Positions 19,373 to 28,898 of a DNA stretch of 64,000 nucleotides are shown here, piece by piece; positions within the stretch are counted from its first letter, which is position 1; every line of letters begins with the position of its first letter. Position numbers and translations under genes: made by a program. Below the pieces are notes generated by a model that worked only from the letters and a program-made list of their open reading frames with translations, made no database searches and had not been told where the DNA came from. The stretch is from NCBI GenBank assembly GCA_946567425.1, contig CAMNXF010000014.1:11883-75882 (forward strand). The letters are read 5' to 3'. Source of the DNA: an uncultured Clostridia bacterium. Lineage in GTDB: Bacteria > Bacillota > Clostridia > Oscillospirales > Ruminococcaceae.

Positions 19373-19402
19373 AGTAAAAAATCTTTTTGGTCAGCGTTTC
19401 AC
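19373..19402 (+). repeat. Island boundary repeat 2, copy A (candidate att site)
   Basis: AGTAAAAAATCTTTTTGGTcagcgtttcac matches 22368-22397 and, inverted, 12028-12041. Confidence 0.6.
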
Positions 19403-19518
19403 AAGTTGAAAGCTACATTTTTGGTGCAAAATGCACAAAAATGTAGTTTTTCTTTTTATACAATTACAAACCGTCGGTTGTAAAGACAATCGGCGGTTTT
19501 CTGTTGGAGGTGATCTTA

Positions 19519-20373
19519 ATGAGCAAACTTAAAGTGGCAGCCTACTGTCGAGTCAGTACTAATCATGAGTAACAGGAGTCGAGTCTTGAAACTCAAGTTT
19601 CCTATTATGGGAAGCTAATTGCGGAGCATAAGGATTGGCAACTGGTAAAAATATATGCCGAGCGTGCTTCGGGAACTCAGATGAAGAAACGCCCCGAGTT
19701 TATGAAAATACTCAAAGCGTGCAAACAAGGCAAGATAGACCTGATACTAACGAAGTCGATAAGCCGTTTCGGAAGAAACACATTGGACACGTTAAAAACA
19801 CTATATGAACTTTTCAATTTAGGTGTTAAAGTCTATTTTGAAAAGGAAAATCTAAACAACTATGACAAGGAGATGCGAACAATGATGGGAATTTATGCGG
19901 GATTTGCACAGGAAGAAAGCAAGAACATGAGTGACAATATCAAGTGGGGCATTCGCGAGAGAATGCGTGAGGGTAAAGTCTGCCTTAATTGTACACGGTT
20001 CTTGGGATACGACAAAGATAAAAATGGCAGGTTAGTGGTCGTGGAATCCGAAGCGGTTATCGTCAGAAAGATATTTGAGTTGTATCTGAACGGTTGGGGA
20101 GTTCGTAAAATCAAGAAATATCTTGAAGAAAATGGAATCAAAACTGTTACAGGCAAGGACGTTTGGAGTACCTCGACGATTGACCGTATTCTCTCCAATG
20201 AAAAATATGTCGGTGATGTGCTTATGCAAAAGAGCTTTACGGAAGACTTCCTAACAGGAAAGCGCAAGAAGAATGAGGGGGAGTTGGATATGTACTTCAT
20301 TGAGAATGACCACGAAGCGATTGTTAGTAGAAATACGTTTACAATGGTACAGGAAAAGAAAAACAAGAAGTAA
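19519..20373 (+). pseudogene. Large serine recombinase (resolvase + recombinase domains) with nonsense codon 18
   Basis: ATG 19519 after GGAGGTG: MSKLKVAAYCRVSTNHE* (TAA 19570), same frame continues QESSLETQ..RPEF..KSISRFGRN..LSNEKYVG..HEAIV. Confidence 0.9.
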
Positions 20374-20501
20374 ATGAGAATCGAACAATTTTCGGGAAAC
20401 GTAAATGTCTATGAGATTGAAAATGATATATTAAGCCTCACGGTGTTCCGATTGTCACTTTATCTTTTGCAGCATATTATGTAGGTAAGGGGGCATAGCT
20501 T

Positions 20502-21416
20502 ATGAATAATAACAGAAATCACTGCGGCGATCCCGCAAATTGCACGCCGAAAATCTCCTGCATGAAAATGCCGGACACATTTCCGCCGCAGCACCAGAAC
20601 AGACAACCTGGTCTGGAATATTTAATGAAACCTGTTCCGATTTCCGAATGCGGCAAACCGTGCCGAAAGCTGGAAGGGAAAATCGCCCTCATAACGGGCG
20701 GTGACAGCGGCATAGGGCGCGCCGTTGCTTACGACTTCGTGAAAGAGGGCGCGTCGGTCGTGATCGTTTATTACGACGAGGACAAGGACGCGGAGGACAC
20801 AGCGGAAAGAATAAGACAACTCGGCGGATGCTGTCTGCTGATAAAGGGCGACCTGAAAAATCCCGAATTCGCACGGGATTGCGTCCAAAAAACAATAGAA
20901 CGCTTCGGCGGATTAGACATCCTCGTAAATAACCACGCATTTCAGTTCGTTCAGAGAAGCATATCGGACATCTCTCACAAGCAGCTTGAATTTATATTCC
21001 GAAACAATGTGTTCTCGTTTTTTTATATGATACAGTACGCTCTGCCATATATGAAAAAAGGCGGCAGCATAATAAATACAGCGTCCGTAACGGCGTTTCA
21101 AGGCAACAAAGACCTTATAGATTACAGCGCGACAAAGGGAGCGATAGTCGCGCTTACGAGATCTCTTTCGTTGTCGCTTGCCGATAAAGGTATCAGAGTG
21201 AACGCGGTCGCTCCCGGTCCGATCTGGACGCCTCTCATTCCCGCCTCTTTTTCAGCCGAGGAGGTTGCGGGCTTTGGCTCGGAAACGTCCTCCGTGCCTA
21301 TGATGAGAGCAGGGCAGCCCTGCGAGGTGTCGCCGTGTTACGTCTTTCTCGCTTCCTGCGACAGCAGCTACATGACCGGACAGGTGCTTAATCCCAACGG
21401 CGGAACGATCGTATAG
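20502..21416 (+). CDS. Short-chain dehydrogenase/reductase (YhdF/YhxC-like)
   Basis: ITGGDSGIGRA, YSATKGAI (YxxxK), RVNAVAPGPIWTPLIP. Confidence 0.93.
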   Translation: MNNNRNHCGDPANCTPKISCMKMPDTFPPQHQNRQPGLEYLMKPVPISECGKPCRKLEGKIALITGGDSGIGRAVAYDFVKEGASVVIVYYDEDKDAEDTAERIRQLGGCCLLIKGDLKNPEFARDCVQKTIERFGGLDILVNNHAFQFVQRSISDISHKQLEFIFRNNVFSFFYMIQYALPYMKKGGSIINTASVTAFQGNKDLIDYSATKGAIVALTRSLSLSLADKGIRVNAVAPGPIWTPLIPASFSAEEVAGFGSETSSVPMMRAGQPCEVSPCYVFLASCDSSYMTGQVLNPNGGTIV

Positions 21417-21470
21417 GGAATAATCGTGTTAAAAAAGGAAACAATAGCTCCCAAAGGGAGGAATGTTTCT

Positions 21471-22160
21471 ATGTTTAAACACGAAAAGCAGTTATTTCAC
21501 CCCGTAGGCGTTGAAAAAGCGAATCCGCAATATGCGGCACTGCTTCAGGAACAACTTGGCGGAGCGAACGGAGAGCTTAAGGCGGCAATGCAGTATATGT
21601 CGCAAAGCTTCAGGATCAAGGATCAGTCTATCAAGGATCTGTTTCTTGATATTGCCGCGGAGGAGCTCGGGCATATGGAGATGGTGGCTCAGACTATCAA
21701 TCTCTTGAACGGTCACGATGTTGACGCTTCAACAGTACCCGCAGGAGAAATCGAATCACACGTTCTGCTTGGATTGAACCCGGGACTTATAAACGCATCC
21801 GGGTATTCATGGACGGGCGATTATGTTACCGTAACGGGAGACCTTTGCGCCGATCTTCTGTCAAATATAGCCTCGGAGCAAAGAGCAAAAGTCGTATACG
21901 AATACCTTTATCGTCAGATCAACGATAACAAGGTGCGGGAGACCATCGATTTTCTGCTGAACCGCGAGGAAGCCCACAACGCTATGTTCCGCGAGGCGTT
22001 CAACAAGGTTCAGAACACGGGCTCGAACCGCGATTTCGGAACGACAAGAGCCGCAAAAATGTATTTCAGTATGTCGGAGCCGTCGCCCGTAGACAGCCCG
22101 TTCCCGAACGTGAACGCAGCTCCGCCGTCGTTCGATAATAACCGTCCTATGGCTCAATAA
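21471..22160 (+). CDS. Manganese catalase family protein
   Basis: EQLGGANGELKAAMQY, DIAAEELGHMEM, NIASEQRAKVVYE, REEAH. Confidence 0.93.
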   Translation: MFKHEKQLFHPVGVEKANPQYAALLQEQLGGANGELKAAMQYMSQSFRIKDQSIKDLFLDIAAEELGHMEMVAQTINLLNGHDVDASTVPAGEIESHVLLGLNPGLINASGYSWTGDYVTVTGDLCADLLSNIASEQRAKVVYEYLYRQINDNKVRETIDFLLNREEAHNAMFREAFNKVQNTGSNRDFGTTRAAKMYFSMSEPSPVDSPFPNVNAAPPSFDNNRPMAQ

Positions 22161-22170
22161 AATTTTAATT

Positions 22171-22330
22171 ACCTGTCAATACCGACTCCATGGGTCGGAC
22201 AATGGCAGGTGTTTTGTTATGATCTCTTTTTCAATAAGGTTTTACTGCAGATCGGTATCAAGCTGAAAGCGAAAAAGGGACGGACTCCGAACTCCGAAGT
22301 CCTATTGAGATGTCCGTGGGGCGATATATT
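22171..22330 (+). repeat. Island boundary repeat 1, copy B
   Basis: ACCTGTCA..TGGCAGGT-GTTTT hairpin and tail homologous to 15585-15790. Confidence 0.75.
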
Positions 22331-22367
22331 ATAAAATAATTAAAGCTGCAGAGCAGTTTTTGAGTGA

Positions 22368-22397
22368 GTAAAAAAATCTTTTTGGTAACGATGTCAC
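22368..22397 (+). repeat. Island boundary repeat 2, copy B
   Basis: AGTAAAAAATCTTTTTTGGTaacgatgtcac followed by a strong hairpin, as in copy A. Confidence 0.6.
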
Positions 22398-22505
22398 AGC
22401 AAAAACGACAGTTTTCGAGAGGAAACTGTCGTTTTTACTTTTTAAAAGAGCTCTTGACAAATGCATAAAATCATGATAAAAATACGATATGAAAAGGAGC
22501 TATAT

Positions 22506-22870
22506 ATGATCCAAATCATACCCGTATCCGATTTAAGAAATAAGTTCATGGAAATCAAAGCCGTTGTAAACAATTGTCAACCCGTATATCTTACAAAAAC
22601 GGCTATGGTATAATGGTAGTTATGAGTATATAGCAATATTCAAGATTGCTCGGAAACATTGATGCAAGACTGGATGAAGCGGACATGGAAGCCTGGAAAC
22701 AGATAAACGCCTATCTCATGACAACATTTTTGACAACGTCCGCAGGAGGCTGACAGAATAAATGTTTATTACGAATATACATCGGAAAATTTTTTTCGTG
22801 GTTATAGACGATATAGTGGAGGCAAGGCGCTCTTTATACAGCGAACGTGTATTTGACAGGCTGCTGTAAA
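22506..22870 (+). pseudogene. Decayed type II toxin-antitoxin pair (Phd/YefM antitoxin plus RelE/ParE-like toxin tail)
   Basis: MIQIIPVSDLRNKF..PVYLTK.GYG..VVMSI* ..LDEAD; toxin-like tail VIDDIVEARRSLYS; multiple frameshifts/stops. Confidence 0.7.
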
Positions 22871-23190
22871 AAAATCATTCTAAAAAATTCTTTTTTGTCT
22901 GTGTTTTTTAGATTAGAGCTGCCGATGCCGGCTGTGTTTGCACAGCCCATACCACATATTGGGGAAAACCAATGCAAAATTACTATATTTTAATATGTAT
23001 AAAAAACGCATAAATTCGCATTGGAGAATTTGTGCGGCTTTTCAAAATACTTCTCCTTTTTCAAATTAGGGTTTCTATTGTTCTGATTTTTAAATTCATC
23101 GTCAAAGCGTCGGAACAGGCACCTATCTATAAATGGATAGCAGCCCGATAAACTGAAAGTTATCAAATTGTATACAAGCGCTATCAAATT

Positions 23191-23733
23191 CTATTTAAGC
23201 ATAAAATCCGCCCACGCACACTGATAATCACTTAAATGTTCATTCCAGTACATTATTTTTTCAATGTATTGCTGTTTTCGTTGCTCCACGGCTTCTCTAC
23301 AATTTTCAATTCCATATTTATATATAATCGCGGTAAGGTCATATATCGGATAACCTATTGCATGTCCGGCAGTATGCACGACTGCACATGCTTGTCCTAT
23401 GGAATGACAGATGGCAATATCTTCTTTATTATCAATTTCTTTTGCAAATGCGTGGCAATCTAATATTTTTCGTTGTGCTAAGCGCATTTTAATTTTTCCG
23501 GATGCCCAAGCTTTGACCGCTTCCAATGCTTCTCGCGGGCGCTTTTCTTCTGGATACTTTTCTTCAAGTTTCGCAATGGACTCAGATGCAAAATCAAATG
23601 CCCACAAAGCCAAAACACGATGGTTTTGAGTTTCAAATAGCATAATTAAATCTTGTATAGACTCTGATTTTTTGGTAAATAGCACTTGATTTTTCTTTTT
23701 AAGTTTTACAGACACTTCATCTATCCAATTCAT
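23191..23733 (-). CDS. Imm5-like putative immunity protein
   Basis: LALWA..A..........RPREALEA..AW..G.....A.......HA.A......AI..SIGQA.AVVH...HA pattern; GGAGG RBS. Confidence 0.65.
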   Translation of the reverse strand: MNWIDEVSVKLKKKNQVLFTKKSESIQDLIMLFETQNHRVLALWAFDFASESIAKLEEKYPEEKRPREALEAVKAWASGKIKMRLAQRKILDCHAFAKEIDNKEDIAICHSIGQACAVVHTAGHAIGYPIYDLTAIIYKYGIENCREAVEQRKQQYIEKIMYWNEHLSDYQCAWADFMLK

Positions 23734-23857
23734 TTTCTGCCTCCATATATAGGTTTGTTTCTCAAATGTATCATAAGCATTCAGCAAATTCAATGTGGAC
23801 CGATGAAATCACCCGAATCAAATCCCGGCAACCATTATCTTAAAAGGGACAAATATT

Positions 23858-24334
23858 TTACTTTATGATCGCGGACAGATTGAAGCCGTCAAAAAACTTA
23901 TCGTTGAAACGTTTTTCATACGGACGTACAAAACATATTTTGTATTCGCGGAGACTTGCTTTCGGCGCGCCCGCAATCTCCGGAAGCGCGTGAACCGCGT
24001 CGATAAGCGCACAGGCTTGTTCGGCGTTGTTTGCTGCGAGAAGCTCCTCCGCCCTGTCGCACGCGGCGGAGATAAGCTGCCCGAGTGCCGAATACCCGTC
24101 GGGTAATTCTGCGGCAGCCAAACGAACTTCAATCAAACGCTCCGCAAAACCCTCCGAACAGCCGAGCAGTGCGGCACGGAATTTTATCAGCGCTAAGGAC
24201 AAATTATTCAGCGGCTCGCTTAAAATATACTTTCCGAAACGCTTTTCCTGCCGCTTGTTAAGCGCGGTGCGGGTTTTCTTGGCTCGGATAATGCCTTTAA
24301 GCCGCTTGATATCGCCCGATAATTCCATGTTCAT
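23858..24334 (-). CDS. Hypothetical protein
   Basis: ORF starts 2 nt after the moxR stop; host-like codons. Confidence 0.7.
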   Translation of the reverse strand: MNMELSGDIKRLKGIIRAKKTRTALNKRQEKRFGKYILSEPLNNLSLALIKFRAALLGCSEGFAERLIEVRLAAAELPDGYSALGQLISAACDRAEELLAANNAEQACALIDAVHALPEIAGAPKASLREYKICFVRPYEKRFNDKFFDGFNLSAIIK

Positions 24335-24335
24335 C

Positions 24336-25250
24336 TTAAACCGGAACTACCGTTTCCGTAAGTATCCGTTGGATTATCTCCTCGGACGACAGATATTCGC
24401 TCTGCCCCGCCGCGAGAATTACCCTATGACCGAGAACAGACGAAGCCATGGTCTTCACGTCGTCGGGTGTGGCAAACGCGCGGTTGTTTATCAGTGCCAT
24501 TGCCTGCGCGGCTCTGAAAAGGGCGATAGAGGCTCTTGGCGACGCGCCGAGCTTTATTTCCTGCTTGTTTCGGGTCGCCCCGACGATCATCAGAATGTAT
24601 GCCTTGACCTGTTCCGACACGGAAACGCGCGACGCCATTTCACGCAAGGAAATTACTTCCTCCAGCGTCATAACGGGCTGAACCTCGATGTTGTGCGGCA
24701 TTTTTTCAAGCATCTTCATTTCGGCGGCGCGGTCAGGATAGCCTATCGACAGGCGCATTAAAAAGCGGTCGAGCTGCGCCTCGGGAAGGTGATATGTTCC
24801 GTAGGTCTCGATCGGGTTCTGGGTCGCCAAGGTCATAAACGGCACGGGGAGCTTGTGCGTAACGCCGTCAACGGATATTTGCAGCTCCTCCATTGCCTCC
24901 AGCAGCGAGGACTGCACTTTCGGAGAGGTTCGGTTTATTTCGTCCGCGAGCAGAAAGTTGCACATCGCCGCACCAGCGCGGTACTCCACCGCGCCCGTTT
25001 TTTGGTCTATGACCGTGTAGCCGATAACGTCCGACGGCATAAGGTCGGGCGTGAACTGAATTCGCCCGAAGCTCCCCGACACGGACTTCGCCAGTGTTTC
25101 CGCAAGCAGCGTCTTCCCCACTCCGGGAACGTCCTCGATAAGCACGTGTCCGCCCGCTATCATCGCGCAGATTATCTTTACGATAACGTCGTGCTTGCCT
25201 ATAATTACGTTTTCAATATTTTTGATGAGCTGTTCAATTCTCGGGTTCAT
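24336..25250 (-). CDS. moxR: MoxR-family AAA+ ATPase
   Basis: HVLIEDVPGVGKT, RIQFTPDLMPSD, LLADEINR, ATQNPIE.YGTY.LPEAQLDRF. Confidence 0.95.
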   Translation of the reverse strand: MNPRIEQLIKNIENVIIGKHDVIVKIICAMIAGGHVLIEDVPGVGKTLLAETLAKSVSGSFGRIQFTPDLMPSDVIGYTVIDQKTGAVEYRAGAAMCNFLLADEINRTSPKVQSSLLEAMEELQISVDGVTHKLPVPFMTLATQNPIETYGTYHLPEAQLDRFLMRLSIGYPDRAAEMKMLEKMPHNIEVQPVMTLEEVISLREMASRVSVSEQVKAYILMIVGATRNKQEIKLGASPRASIALFRAAQAMALINNRAFATPDDVKTMASSVLGHRVILAAGQSEYLSSEEIIQRILTETVVPV

Positions 25251-25292
25251 ATCGTGTCACCTTTTTCTTTATCATTTCGTTTTGATTTTTCC

Positions 25293-25751
25293 TCAAAACG
25301 GCAGCCGTGCTGCAAGCCGAGAGCAAAATAATTGCCAAAGTTTTTTCATGATTGTTCTCCTTGCCCTAAAAGTTATCGCTCCACCATTTTTGAGCCTGCC
25401 TTTATTATAGGTCAGTTCCGATACGGTAAATGCCGCCGCTGCGGCCGCAGTGGAAGTCGCCAACGGAAGAACATTCTGCACGCTATCGTGATAATATATC
25501 AACAGCACCGCCATAAATATGACCGAGGGAAACTGCGCACAAAGAATGAACGCTACATCGTTTACGATACCCGACAATTTCCAAGAGGCAAGGTTGAGCA
25601 GCGCGGTAACCGCCGCCAAGGCAGCAAGCCATATCAGCAGCATACCGAATACGTGCATATCCCATGTGAAAAACGATAACCCGATTCCGATAAACCCATT
25701 GATAATTATGCCGGATATCAGCGTAAGAGCGATTGTCAAAGCCTTTTTCAC
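25293..25751 (-). CDS. Hypothetical multi-pass membrane protein
   Basis: GTG start after GGAGG, about four hydrophobic segments. Confidence 0.65.
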   Translation of the reverse strand: MKKALTIALTLISGIIINGFIGIGLSFFTWDMHVFGMLLIWLAALAAVTALLNLASWKLSGIVNDVAFILCAQFPSVIFMAVLLIYYHDSVQNVLPLATSTAAAAAAFTVSELTYNKGRLKNGGAITFRARRTIMKKLWQLFCSRLAARLPF

Positions 25752-26041
25752 AGCGTACCTCCGTTCGGTCTGCGTTTAACAAAAAGAAATACCACAGCAG
25801 CGCCCATACCGCGGGAACGGCTAAGTACGCAAGAAGTCCGAGTACGGTAAGAACGAATAAAAAAACAACGCACTCAAACCCGATACCGCAAAGTTGTACA
25901 CAAGTCCGAATACCACAAGCCGAACTATTGCAAAAGTTTTTTTCATAGCGACATTTCCTAACTATCTTAAAACGTCGGTTGTAATCATATTAAAATGGCG
26001 CGGCTAAAACAGCCGCGCCGCAAATGTGCTTATGAATTAAA

Positions 26042-27184
26042 TCAGTTAAGCAGGCTGTGCTCGTCACCCGGATCAAACAGGTGGATCTTGTTCGGGTCAA
26101 GCGCAAGTCTGATAGTGTCCTGAGGACGTGCGGTACATCTGGGAGATACGCGCGCGGTGAGCGGCATACCCTCGCAGGTGAGGTACAGATATGTCTCCGC
26201 ACCGAGCATTTCGGTTACGTCTACGGTAGCCTCGATAATACCGGTCTTAGCAGCGGAGAGGAACATCTCCTCGTCGTGAATGTTCTCGGGACGGATACCC
26301 AGAACAACTTCCTTGTCTACATAGTACTTCAGCGCGTCGGTATCAGCCTTTGCGGAAGGAAGCTCTACATAGAACTTGCGTCCTCTCGAGGTCTTGGTGT
26401 CCTCGGAGCCGAACTCTACGGTGTACTTGCCGTCCTGCATAATGAGCTTCGCATTGATGAAGTTCATCTGCGGAGAGCCGATAAAGCCTGCTACGAACTT
26501 GTTTACGGGCTGCTCGTACAGATTGATAGGAGAATCTATCTGCTGAACATAACCGTCCTTCATAACGACAATTCTGTCGCCCATGGTCATAGCCTCGGTC
26601 TGGTCGTGCGTTACGTAAATGAACGTAGTACCCAGTTTCTTATGCAGCTTGGAAAGCTCGGTTCTCATCTGCGCACGGAGCTTTGCGTCCAGGTTGGACA
26701 GCGGCTCGTCGAGCAGGAAGACCTGAGGATCGCGGACGATAGCACGACCAAGCGCAACACGCTGTCTCTGACCGCCGGACAAAGCCTTCGGCTTTCTGTC
26801 AAGCAGATGAGCGATGTCGAGTATCTTCGCAGCCTCTTCAACGAGCTTCTTGATCTCGTCCTTGGGAACCTTGCGGAGCTTCAGACCGAACGCCATATTA
26901 TCAAATACGGTCATGTGAGGATACAGAGCGTAGTTTTGGAAAACCATCGCGATATCTCTGTCCTTGGGGGCAACGTCGTTTACAAGACGGTCGCCGATGA
27001 ACAGCTCGCCCTCGGAGATTTCCTCCAGACCAGCGATCATACGAAGAGTGGTAGACTTACCGCATCCGGAAGGACCTACCAATACGATAAACTCCTTGTC
27101 CTTGATGTTCATGGTGAAGTCCGAAACAGCTACGACACCGCCGGCATAGCGCTTGTAAATTCCTCTTGCCGATAAACTTGCCAT
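26042..27184 (-). CDS. msmX: Sugar ABC transporter ATP-binding protein (MsmX/MalK/UgpC type)
   Basis: [49 protein letters not shown]-terminal TOBE-like region; no adjacent permeases. Confidence 0.93.
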   Translation of the reverse strand: MASLSARGIYKRYAGGVVAVSDFTMNIKDKEFIVLVGPSGCGKSTTLRMIAGLEEISEGELFIGDRLVNDVAPKDRDIAMVFQNYALYPHMTVFDNMAFGLKLRKVPKDEIKKLVEEAAKILDIAHLLDRKPKALSGGQRQRVALGRAIVRDPQVFLLDEPLSNLDAKLRAQMRTELSKLHKKLGTTFIYVTHDQTEAMTMGDRIVVMKDGYVQQIDSPINLYEQPVNKFVAGFIGSPQMNFINAKLIMQDGKYTVEFGSEDTKTSRGRKFYVELPSAKADTDALKYYVDKEVVLGIRPENIHDEEMFLSAAKTGIIEATVDVTEMLGAETYLYLTCEGMPLTARVSPRCTARPQDTIRLALDPNKIHLFDPGDEHSLLN

Positions 27185-27585
27185 AATATATAACCTCCTA
27201 TAATGTAAATGTAACAAAAATAAAAGTATTTATTTCGCTAATAATATAATACCAAAACCGCAAAAAAAAATAAAGAGCCTAAACTAACAAATATTTCAAC
27301 ATTCGTTTATATACTTTCACTAACGTTTACAAATTTTCCCCAAATTTCTCGGCGGTTGATTGTCACATTGCACAAAAAAACGCCCGAATTTGCTCTAACG
27401 CCAATGACAGAGCCGAATTTTTGGCATTTCACACAAAGAACCCGAACGGAATTTGGTTATATTGGCACAAGATATTGTATATTTTGTGAAAAGCTATGCC
27501 TATCTTTTAATGGGGAATACGGGTATAATCAAGGTACAAGGCACATAGTTATTAAGAAAAAGCGTATTTTTACGGGGAGGTAAAT

Positions 27586-28035
27586 ATGTCGGCGAGAAAA
27601 CCGCGTTCGGGAAGAACGGTACTTATAGGTGTTATCCTTATAATAGCGGCGGCGGTCTGGGCTGTCGTCCGCTTTACGGCGGGCAGCGCCCCGAAGATAT
27701 CGGGTGCGACCAACGCGGAGCGCGTGGAGTACATAGAGTCGTTCGGCTGGGATTCCGACACCGTGCCCTCGGGCATGGAGGAAGTCCGCATTCCCTCGCG
27801 TTTCGACGAGGCTTACGAGCAATACAACGCTCTGCAGAAGGAACAGGGCTTCGACCTGCGGAAATACCGCGCCTGTTATGCGAAAAAGTACACCTATCCT
27901 ATAAGGAACTTTGACGGAGCTGACCCCGCTGTCCCGATCTGCGCGAACATACTGGTGATTGACGGCGAGATCGTCGGCGCGGACATATCCTCCGCCGAAG
28001 CAAACGGGCTTGTCACGGTTCTGGCGAAAAAGTAA
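27586..28035 (+). CDS. DUF4830-like membrane-anchored protein
   Basis: N-terminal TM; IP..FDEAYEQYN.LQK.QGFDL..Y....K.YTY.I.N pattern. Confidence 0.7.
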   Translation: MSARKPRSGRTVLIGVILIIAAAVWAVVRFTAGSAPKISGATNAERVEYIESFGWDSDTVPSGMEEVRIPSRFDEAYEQYNALQKEQGFDLRKYRACYAKKYTYPIRNFDGADPAVPICANILVIDGEIVGADISSAEANGLVTVLAKK

Positions 28036-28885
28036 CGCCGTTATCTTCCGCATTGTATATCTTGTCCATAAACTTGTTATACGCCGCCTTGTCCTGCTCA
28101 ATAAGCAGTTCAACCGCTCTGACCGCGCACTTTATGCCGCGTGTGGAATCGTTCGTGATCGTGTCGGGCATATTGCGTTTTGAGCGCTCGGCATTCCAGA
28201 GCGCTGTCAGTACGCCGCCGCAGCGTATTTTTTTCGGGAACACGCTTCTCGCCAATCCGACCGCGTAGATTGCCGCGCACTCCATTTCAGAAGTAAGGCA
28301 GCCGCACTTGACGTAGCTTTCCCAGCGGGATTTGATATTCTCGCTGACCGCCGAGCCGTCGGGGTTCACCTCACCGTAGAAGCTGTCCTTCGAGTGTACT
28401 ACGCCGACATGGTAATGCTGCCCCGGCTCTGTTCCCGAAAGCTCCTTTGCCGCTTGTACAAGCGCAGTCGTAACGTCAAAATCCGCGACCGACGGATAGC
28501 CTTGAGGAAGATACTCGTAGCTCGTGCCCTCCGCGCGGATAGCTGCCTCGGCAATTATCAAATCGCCGCCGAACACGGTCAAGTCTATGCCGCCGCTCGT
28601 TCCCACGCGGATAAACGTATCCGCGCCGCTGTCAATAAGCTCCTCCACCGCGATTGCCGCCGACGGTCCGCCTATGCCCGTCGAGCATACGCTAACCTTT
28701 TCTCCGTTCAGATAACCCGTGTACACGTTATACTCGCGGTTCTGCGCGATCTGCACCGCGCCGTCCAGATACTCCGCGATCCTCGGAACGCGCCCCGGGT
28801 CGCCGGGAAGAATGACATATCTTCCGACGTCGCCGTTCTTTATTTTCAAATGAAAACGTACATTTTCGTCCATTATAGTACCCAT
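28013..28885 (-). CDS. udp: Uridine phosphorylase
   Basis: ILPGDPGRV, STGIGGPSAAIAVEEL, IRVGTSG, SKDSFYG, EMECA. Confidence 0.9.
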   Translation of the reverse strand: MGTIMDENVRFHLKIKNGDVGRYVILPGDPGRVPRIAEYLDGAVQIAQNREYNVYTGYLNGEKVSVCSTGIGGPSAAIAVEELIDSGADTFIRVGTSGGIDLTVFGGDLIIAEAAIRAEGTSYEYLPQGYPSVADFDVTTALVQAAKELSGTEPGQHYHVGVVHSKDSFYGEVNPDGSAVSENIKSRWESYVKCGCLTSEMECAAIYAVGLARSVFPKKIRCGGVLTALWNAERSKRNMPDTITNDSTRGIKCAVRAVELLIEQDKAAYNKFMDKIYNAEDNGVTFSPEP

Positions 28886-28898
28886 ATTAACGCTCCTT

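Larger units (their letters stand above)
12021..23850. mobile_element. Accessory/genomic island at the tRNA-Gln 3' end (composite, partly decayed)
   Basis: Visibly AT-richer than flanks; pseudogenes, IS3, serine recombinase, TA remnants, repeated non-coding boundary motifs. Right boundary approximate. Confidence 0.75.

Noticed and set aside
22990-23187. 65-aa minus-strand ORF downstream of the Imm5-like gene
   Set aside because: AT-rich, no RBS or motif; cannot be supported.
23818-23834. TCAAATCCCGGCAACCA as a possible duplicated tRNA 3' end (attR)
   Set aside because: Poor match to the tRNA-Gln end (GAATCCAGCTATCCCAACCA); too weak to call.
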